A stretch of DNA of 33,928 nt, taken from positions 1-33,928 of the forward strand of contig JAZDID010000009.1 in the NCBI GenBank assembly GCA_043805315.1. The letters are read 5' to 3'. Of this stretch, positions 27,667 through 33,928 are shown in pieces (the first letter of the stretch is position 1; every line of letters begins with the position of its first letter). The stretch comes from Nanobdellota archaeon (GTDB lineage Archaea > Nanobdellota > Nanobdellia > Woesearchaeales > JAHJEM01). Under the pieces are notes generated by a model. That model did not search any database and had not been told where the DNA came from. It saw only the letters and a list, made by a program, of their open reading frames with translations. The position numbers and the translations under genes are program-made.

Positions 27667-29079
27667 TTATTCCTTCCTGTACTCCCACACAGTATACTTC
27701 TCAGTACTGTCCTCAAAATTGTAGAGGAGCTTGAACCGAGGGGTGTTCGGCAGCAAGAACTCAAGACCCTGGTTCTCCTTTTCCCAGACAAGGCCTTCCT
27801 CCATTTCCTTGGTGATGAAGATGAGCCCTATATCATGCTTCTGCAGCAATGACTCAGTCTCTTTCAGGTCGCGCGATAAATAGATGGCGTGCATGTCCCG
27901 TCTGAAATCTAGGGGAGCATTGCTCAAACTCCTGTTCCAGGCCATCCCTTTCTGGCTAAAATAGTACACGTACGGCGCATAGGACTCATGCGTGAGCACG
28001 AAACCAGGGTTTGCCGTCTTCACCTGCATGAGCGCGGCAGAAAAATGAGGAGAAGGCTGGCTCGAGGAAAGCCTGTTGATGTACGAGAGGGAGGAAAAGA
28101 GGAGGGTACAGACAATGAGCAGGATTGTCAAGAATTTTATGTTCTGAAGCTCCCAACGCCTGTTGATGAGCAGCGAAAGTGCCAAGGCACCGAAAGCGAC
28201 GACAAAGAGATTCAGAAAGACCGTGAATCCGCTCTCGAAAAAAGACAAGCTGACGAGGAGAACAATGCAGGCGGTGATGAGGAGGCCTGCCTTTTTCCAG
28301 TTTGCCGCAAAACTTATCAAGAAAAGGATAAAAAGGGGAATTCCCAAGCCCAAAATGCCCCCAAAGTTCACGAAGATAGTGCTGAACGACGGGGAGGCGA
28401 GATGCAATTCAATGCGCGGGATAAAACTGAAGAAGATGACGGCGATGGCAAGGAACAAGGCTGCGATCGACACAGTCTTTATGAAAGCAGGATACTCCTT
28501 GCTGCGCGCTGCATGGATGAATATCAAAGCCAAGGCGATAAGAAAAGAAAGAATGTCAATGAAAAGAATCGCGCTTATGCAGAATCCGCAGAGATAGTGC
28601 TTGTCAGCCAGCAGGAAAGATGCCCCTGCCAGGAAGAGGATTATGATGAGTGAGTACTGGTTCAATGTGGAATACACATACAGGTATCCTGGACTGATGA
28701 GAAAGAGGATGATGGCGATGATGGCCTGCTCCTGGCTGAACTTGAGCTGGCTAAGAACCTTGGAGAGCAATACTGCGGCGCACATGCCGAATATGACCGG
28801 AATGATCTTCGCGAGAACAAGAGCCGGAATAATGCTTTCGAAAAGCGCGATGAGATGATGAAAGAGGTTGAACTCGATTCTTTCTCCGCTCAGCAGATCA
28901 ACGGTTGCATTATCCTTGACCAACCCTGCAATGCGGATTGCCTCATAGCTTTCAGCTCCGATCAGGTTCTCATTCCCCCGGATCATGCGCAGTATTTGGG
29001 GAAGGAGAAGAATGATGAGGCTGACACAGAGTATGGCTAAGAGCATAATCCTTTTTTTTATGGGAGGGATGGGTTTCAT
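27667..29079 (-). CDS. Multi-pass membrane protein, GT-C/AglB(STT3)-like, degenerate
   Basis: About 12 TM plus a soluble C-terminal domain; paralogous to the upstream gene; ATGA overlap at 29076-29079. Confidence 0.7.
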   Translation of the reverse strand: MKPIPPIKKRIMLLAILCVSLIILLLPQILRMIRGNENLIGAESYEAIRIAGLVKDNATVDLLSGERIEFNLFHHLIALFESIIPALVLAKIIPVIFGMCAAVLLSKVLSQLKFSQEQAIIAIILFLISPGYLYVYSTLNQYSLIIILFLAGASFLLADKHYLCGFCISAILFIDILSFLIALALIFIHAARSKEYPAFIKTVSIAALFLAIAVIFFSFIPRIELHLASPSFSTIFVNFGGILGLGIPLFILFLISFAANWKKAGLLITACIVLLVSLSFFESGFTVFLNLFVVAFGALALSLLINRRWELQNIKFLTILLIVCTLLFSSLSYINRLSSSQPSPHFSAALMQVKTANPGFVLTHESYAPYVYYFSQKGMAWNRSLSNAPLDFRRDMHAIYLSRDLKETESLLQKHDIGLIFITKEMEEGLVWEKENQGLEFLLPNTPRFKLLYNFEDSTEKYTVWEYRKE

Positions 29080-30563
29080 GTGAGCCTGCAATGGACATTA
29101 AAGATTTTCACAGTCTGATTATATATGAGGGTAAAGCAGCTAAAATCAGACAGATAGCCGGGGAGGCTTTTCCGAGAGCTGATGGATTCCTCTGAAAAAT
29201 AGATGTAGTCCACCTCGTACTTGTTGAGGATGCGCACTGCCTCTGTCTCGAGCTTGAGGTCAAATACCTTGGTGACCTCGTCATACCTGGTGTTGATGTT
29301 CTTGACCAGCAAGAAGTTGTTGTCCGCGACGTTTTTCCTTTGGGCATAATAGGTTATGAGATAGCCTTCATCGATTGAGCCGAGGACTGTCTGGCCTACA
29401 TGCGAGTTTTCTTTCAGCCAGACCAAGGCCTTGACGTCTTCAGCTGACGGGCTTTTCTTCACCTGCTCAGAGGCGAGGACGATGGCCTGGAAAAAAGAGG
29501 TGAAGAGGAACACGATGATGATGACCACAAATGCAGGAATAATGAAGGTGGAGAACTTGGTCTTCTGCACATACAGGATGAGCTCGTCGAGAGCGTGCGC
29601 AGAGAGGATGATGAGCAGAATGCTCAAGAAGGCGAGGCCGATGTCAAGCTGAACCATCTTGAGCAGCAAGAGGATGAAAAAGGTTATGCTGATAGAGATG
29701 ATGAAGAGAAAGTTCGTCCTCTTGTACTGGAAGAGGATATGATGTACGGAGATCAAGCCGAAGACCAAGGGAATGAATCCGACAAGGTAGATGATCTGTA
29801 GATAGTTGATGTCGATGAAATAGTTCTGCAAGAGCATGCCAGGAATGTTCTGCCAGATGATGCTGATGCCATGGAACAGGAATGCCTTGTTATAGATGAA
29901 AAAGCTGATCCAGATAGAGAAGAATGTCAGGAAGAGCAGGAGCTCAAGATACTGCTTCCTGATCTCGAAACCCTCAACCTTAAGCAGTAAGAGGTGGATG
30001 ATAAGGGCAAGAATGAGGACGAATATGATAGGGTGGGAGAAGACAAGCACCAAGAGGGCGATGAAGAGAACATAGAGGATGTGCTGCTTCCTGAAGTTGA
30101 GCATAAGATAGACGATGAAAAAGAACAAAGGCACGACAAAAGAATAGACTGATACTGCGGCGATGGTCGAGGAGAAAAAGGCAGGGACAAACCCGCTGAA
30201 GAACGCAGAAAGCAAGGAGACGCTTTTCTTGCCTGTCAAGGAATTGCAGACGAGATAGACAAAGATGACAATGGTCGAGGCAAACAGGTTCGGGATCACC
30301 TTCACGGCAAACTCAGGAGAGGAAAACTGGCTGAACAAGGCAAGCACATACTGGAAAACCGGAGGGAAGATGTTCACCCTGCCGCCATAGCTCAAGTCAT
30401 CCTTATACAAGGGAATCCCTGTCTTCTGGATATGCTCGACCTGGCGGAGGTTGAAGTAGCCGTCATACTCCAGGTACGGCGTCTGGAACGCGAGGATTAT
30501 GCGCAGGAGAAATGTGGCCAGGAAAATCATGCCTAATATGATCAGGTGCTTCTGAAGCCTCAT
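29076..30563 (-). CDS. Multi-pass membrane protein, GT-C/AglB(STT3)-like
   Basis: DGYFNLRQVEHI...D.LSYGG...FPPVF; ALVWLKENS...VLGSIDEGYLITYYAQRKNVAD. Confidence 0.75.
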   Translation of the reverse strand: MRLQKHLIILGMIFLATFLLRIILAFQTPYLEYDGYFNLRQVEHIQKTGIPLYKDDLSYGGRVNIFPPVFQYVLALFSQFSSPEFAVKVIPNLFASTIVIFVYLVCNSLTGKKSVSLLSAFFSGFVPAFFSSTIAAVSVYSFVVPLFFFIVYLMLNFRKQHILYVLFIALLVLVFSHPIIFVLILALIIHLLLLKVEGFEIRKQYLELLLFLTFFSIWISFFIYNKAFLFHGISIIWQNIPGMLLQNYFIDINYLQIIYLVGFIPLVFGLISVHHILFQYKRTNFLFIISISITFFILLLLKMVQLDIGLAFLSILLIILSAHALDELILYVQKTKFSTFIIPAFVVIIIVFLFTSFFQAIVLASEQVKKSPSAEDVKALVWLKENSHVGQTVLGSIDEGYLITYYAQRKNVADNNFLLVKNINTRYDEVTKVFDLKLETEAVRILNKYEVDYIYFSEESISSRKSLPGYLSDFSCFTLIYNQTVKIFNVHCRLT

Positions 30564-30629
30564 ACCTGCTAAGAAGGAGGATGGTGTTTTAATAGGTTTC
30601 TACAAAAATGCTGAAAAAAGAAGATATAA

Positions 30630-30899
30630 TCACTCCTCTTCTTCACCGCTGTAATTCGGGACAGCAGACTTGTTGATGATCATGATGTCGCCGATGCTCT
30701 TGACGAGCTGGTGCGGGACAATGACTCCTTTGGCGCTTCCTAACACCTTGCTCAGAAACGAGTTCTTGGTCGCCTTGACACGCCAGCCGAACACCTTGCT
30801 CTGGGTCAATATGGCCTCTTCAACGTCACCAAAATAGTCGCCAGTATCAGTAAAAACACGCATGTCGAATGTCTCAGAAATCTTCTTCATCTTCAGCAT
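30630..30899 (-). CDS. PRC-barrel domain protein
   Basis: MRVFTDTGDYFGDVEE...VIVPHQLVKSIGDIMII. Confidence 0.88.
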   Translation of the reverse strand: MLKMKKISETFDMRVFTDTGDYFGDVEEAILTQSKVFGWRVKATKNSFLSKVLGSAKGVIVPHQLVKSIGDIMIINKSAVPNYSGEEEE

Positions 30900-31116
30900 C
30901 GGTACCACCCTTTGTATTTGGTATTATGATAATTTTCCTCACGAACTGCTATTGACTTAAATGCCTGCTACTATTTAAATTTATCTATTCTCGAGTGGAG
31001 CTATTCTGGGCTCGATAGATTAGCAGGAGCGGACAGATGCAAACCACAAACTATATAAATAAAGAGGTGCACAACTGACGTAATATTCACTTGAATATTG
31101 AAAAGAGGTGGCAAGT

Positions 31117-31380
31117 ATGGCATTCGAAGTCTTATCCGAAGGCGGACTCAAGGTTATTCTGGCAGTCATTATCGGCACATTGGCAGCTATCGTGTACAGC
31201 TTGCGGATTCTGGTGCTGCTGGAACGCAGGATGGCAAGAATAGATGAGAATATCCAGCGCATCACGCTCAGGGTGGCTACAGAAGAGCTCAAGATCGAAC
31301 GGAAGGAAGCAAAGATCGAGCGGGAAGAAGCAAAGATCGAACGTAGCCTGAGAAAAGTTGCAAAGAGGAAGAAGAAATAA
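31117..31380 (+). CDS. Small single-TM coiled-coil protein
   Basis: GAGGTG RBS; TM followed by KIERKEAKIEREEAKIER heptad repeat (21-bp DNA repeat). Confidence 0.75.
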   Translation: MAFEVLSEGGLKVILAVIIGTLAAIVYSLRILVLLERRMARIDENIQRITLRVATEELKIERKEAKIEREEAKIERSLRKVAKRKKK

Positions 31381-31466
31381 GATCTTTTTATTTTCTTTTT
31401 GTCATTTCTTGTAGTTTGATTTTGTAGATTGTAGTTTCTTGAATTTTTTCATTGAATGAAAATCAG

Positions 31467-31839
31467 TGCGCCTCTGGTGGCGGTGCGACAGACAAAAACT
31501 GCATTCAGGAAGTAATCCGAATGATGCAGTTTTTGTCTTACGACCCACCCCGGAGGGGCCAACCCCCAGGTCGTCGCACGCCACCACGGCGCAGACTGGG
31601 TGGGGGTTGCCCCCAAATCTTTACAAAAGATTTGATAGAAAGTATTAGTAATGAGACATAAAAAGGACATGATTTCCCTTTTTAGTCTCATTTCCATGCG
31701 TGGGACCGAGTGAGCGCAGCTCACGTAGGTCGCACACCTTTTTTCTCAGTTTTTCGTGAAAAACTGTCGGGGTGCCGAATAGGGCACACGCAGCTTTAGC
31801 TGCAGGGTGCCCGTCTGTCGCCGTAGTGGTGGCGTGCGA
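31467..31839. repeat. Mosaic hairpin element copy B (core 31467-31609, hairpin array, inverted distal arm 31812-31839)
   Basis: Shares core and distal arm with 7380-7700; shares internal modules with 2388-2556. Confidence 0.9.
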
Positions 31840-31918
31840 TTGCTTTAGAAAATATCTGTTGATATCCAAGACACAAAGCAATCACAAAGAATATAAATCA
31901 CTGAGTAAACAACCCAGG

Positions 31919-32554
31919 ATGATCGTCCACAGATCATTTCAGCACGGGTGGTTCTACCATTTCCGCTACCACACGCACAAGACAGACCTTTTATGCACGC
32001 AAAGCTTATTACCATTGAAGTGCTATTTTGAATCAGTCAAGCAGTACTTACCTGAAGAGCCGTTCCTCTCCGGGCCACGGTCAAGCCAGCTCAAGCTCGA
32101 CCTCAAGATCAAGCCTGAAGAGATAACGCACCATGAAGTGTGCGCGCTTGCAAAGCTCGGCCTGGAACTTGCTGACTACAAGACCAGCCACTCGAACGTG
32201 GAATGCTTCATGCTGCACAACGACGACAAGACAGTCGGGGTTGAAGTGCCAATCTGGGTGGAGGCGCATGAGATCAGCGCGAACCTGCCATCCTACGACG
32301 GCGTGTTTTCCTCTACAGATCCTCTCTCCGGGCACATCGATATCGTAAGGATGGAGAACAAGAAGCTCTGGGTCTGGGATTACAAGCCAAAAGCGCACCT
32401 CGAGAAATTTGCGAGCACGCAGACATTCTTCTACGCACTCATGCTCAGCAAAAGGACAGGCATACCGCTGGATGAGTTCATGTGCGGCTACTTCGACGAG
32501 AATAAGAGTTTCGTGTTCAGGCCGAAAATCGAGATGCTCAGGAATTTGAAGTGA
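31919..32554 (+). CDS. PD-(D/E)XK nuclease, RecB/Cas4-like
   Basis: VEVPIW, GHIDIV, WDYKP, QTFFYA (QxxxY). ATG 31919 lies ~22 nt after a TATAAA box. Confidence 0.8.
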   Translation: MIVHRSFQHGWFYHFRYHTHKTDLLCTQSLLPLKCYFESVKQYLPEEPFLSGPRSSQLKLDLKIKPEEITHHEVCALAKLGLELADYKTSHSNVECFMLHNDDKTVGVEVPIWVEAHEISANLPSYDGVFSSTDPLSGHIDIVRMENKKLWVWDYKPKAHLEKFASTQTFFYALMLSKRTGIPLDEFMCGYFDENKSFVFRPKIEMLRNLK

Positions 32555-32602
32555 TTTCAATCTGAAAGAACCAAATTCAATCAGGGCTGCCAGGTGGCAC
32601 CT

Positions 32603-32992
32603 TCACCCTTTCACTAATTCTTCAAACCTGAACCCTTTCCTTTTTGCTTTCTCCAGGCTGATGCCGAACTTGGCCTCGGTCTTATCTAGATCCTCAGGAT
32701 GGATGAAATAAAAGCCTTCCCTGAAGAACTTTACCGCAAGCCAGGCCTCTGAGCCAAACCGTCTGGAAAACTCAAGCAGGTCATCGATCTCCTCGACATC
32801 GAAATATTGCCGTGTCGAGCCAGTCACCTTTGCCTCAATCGCGATCTTCCGGATATTATTCCCTGCAATAAGGTCAGGCACAGGATACTTGATAGCTCCA
32901 GAAGCAGCGCAGCGGAATGCTGCCCAGCCTGCATTCCAGAACAGATGGATCAATTCGCGCTCTGCATTGATGCCCTTGGCTTTCCTGTTCAT
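32603..32992 (-). CDS. hjc: Holliday junction resolvase Hjc
   Basis: KGINAEREL..., R.AASG, PDLIAG, IAIEAK, LAVKF. Confidence 0.95.
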   Translation of the reverse strand: MNRKAKGINAERELIHLFWNAGWAAFRCAASGAIKYPVPDLIAGNNIRKIAIEAKVTGSTRQYFDVEEIDDLLEFSRRFGSEAWLAVKFFREGFYFIHPEDLDKTEAKFGISLEKAKRKGFRFEELVKG

Positions 32993-33144
32993 TGCAATGA
33001 TAGGATTAGGCAGGTATATAGTTTTTGCGCTGAAAAGCCAAATAAGGGCTTAAAACGTCTGTTTTAAAGAAATACTTAAGAAAAAAGCCCTGTTTTTAAA
33101 AAAATTTATAAATACGCCTAGTTTCTGCCTGAATAGGTGAGAAT

Positions 33145-33366
33145 ATGACAACACGAAGCCATAATCTTCCGTTAGCAGCAATGGAGCGCATCATGAAGCA
33201 AGTCGGCGCAGACCGGGTGTCTGAAGACGGCAAAGCAGCATTGCGGGACGTTCTTGAGGATACCGCGATCAATATCAGCGAGCGCGCGATGAAATTCGCC
33301 ATGCATGCCGGCCGAAAGACCATCAAGGCAGAAGACATCAAGCTCGCGAGCAAGGAAAGCGGATAA
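33145..33366 (+). CDS. Archaeal histone
   Basis: LPLAAMERIMK..GADRVS, AMHAGRKTIKAEDIKLA. Confidence 0.96.
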   Translation: MTTRSHNLPLAAMERIMKQVGADRVSEDGKAALRDVLEDTAINISERAMKFAMHAGRKTIKAEDIKLASKESG

Positions 33367-33451
33367 GGACTTTTTTCTTTTTATCCTATATGTTTTCTCA
33401 TAATCTTTAAACCATCGAAATGGTTTTATACTCGGCACTCATCGTACGAGC

Positions 33452-33928
33452 ATGTGCGGGATTTTAGGGATGATCGGGAATTCTTCGGTGACACAAGAGG
33501 CCAGCGATGCCTTGTTTGTCCTCGAGAACAGGGGAAGAAACTCGTCAGGCATCTGCGGCTACAGCACACGAATGGAGATGTTCTCGCTGCCAATAAAAAG
33601 CAAGGGATCAAGCAGTGAGATGTTCAAGGGATTTGACTTCAACGCATATGACTGGCAGGCGGTCGTCGGGCACAACAGGTATGCCACATCTGGCTCTGAC
33701 ATCAAACGGGATGGCCAGCCTCTTCTTATCACTAACCCGCCCATTGCCATAGCCCATAATGGCCAGGTCGCAAACCTACAGAGCTTAAAAAAGCGTTTCG
33801 AGCAGCGCTGGGCATATGTGACTGAGTGCGATGTCGAGCATATCCAGTTCTGCCTTGCAGAGCATCTTATGGAAAAAAAATTCTACAAGGCAGAAAGCAT
33901 TGACAAGTTTGTGGAAGAGAAACTTTTT
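33452..33928 (+). CDS. Class II glutamine amidotransferase, amidophosphoribosyltransferase (PurF)-like; runs off the window edge
   Basis: Absent from the ORF track; hand translation MCGILG...LENRGRNSSGI...VGHNRYATSG...QPL...AIAHNGQVAN...TECDVE. Confidence 0.85.
   Translation, partial: MCGILGMIGNSSVTQEASDALFVLENRGRNSSGICGYSTRMEMFSLPIKSKGSSSEMFKGFDFNAYDWQAVVGHNRYATSGSDIKRDGQPLLITNPPIAIAHNGQVANLQSLKKRFEQRWAYVTECDVEHIQFCLAEHLMEKKFYKAESIDKFVEEKLF

Noticed and set aside
27988-29040. Charged plus-strand ORFs (e.g. 27988-28653)
   Set aside because: Antisense shadows of hydrophobic membrane-protein codons.
31402-31918. Short ORFs over element B and the N-terminal extension of ORF 31772-32554
   Set aside because: They overlap hairpin arrays, and reading frames are not conserved between copies outside the core. 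The TATA box supports ATG 31919.
31919-32554. Cas4 / CRISPR adaptation gene
   Set aside because: No Fe-S cysteine staple, no cas1/cas2 and no array.

Overview
Archaeal chromosomal DNA, most likely a DPANN lineage such as Woesearchaeota. The lineage is an inference from archaeal r-proteins, RpoD/RpoN, a histone, Hjc, NAC, MBF1 and BHB tRNA introns occurring alongside bacterial-type LeuRS, GroES/GroEL, NrdR and RadC. Most of the window is housekeeping: partial leuS, the rps13-rps4-rps11-rpoD-tRNA(Leu)-rpl18e-rpl13-rps9-rpoN cluster, ksgA, ribL, groESL, NAD kinase, RNase P RNA, secG-nac-THUMP methylase-mbf1, a glycosylation/polysaccharide cluster, a PRC-barrel protein, hjc, a histone and a partial purF-like gene. 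The unexplained structure is non-coding. (1) A 1.15-kb ORF-free region (12523-13679) holds three gaplessly aligned ~140-166-bp dyad-symmetric units spaced by whole helical turns, preceded by a multi-hairpin segment; their terminal 12-mer recurs in the rps9-rpoN spacer. (2) A family of mosaic hairpin elements occurs at three loci (after tRNA-Leu, after tRNA-His, and upstream of a PD-(D/E)XK nuclease gene); the loci share modules with compensatory base changes. No CRISPR array, transposase, integrase or reverse transcriptase was found.
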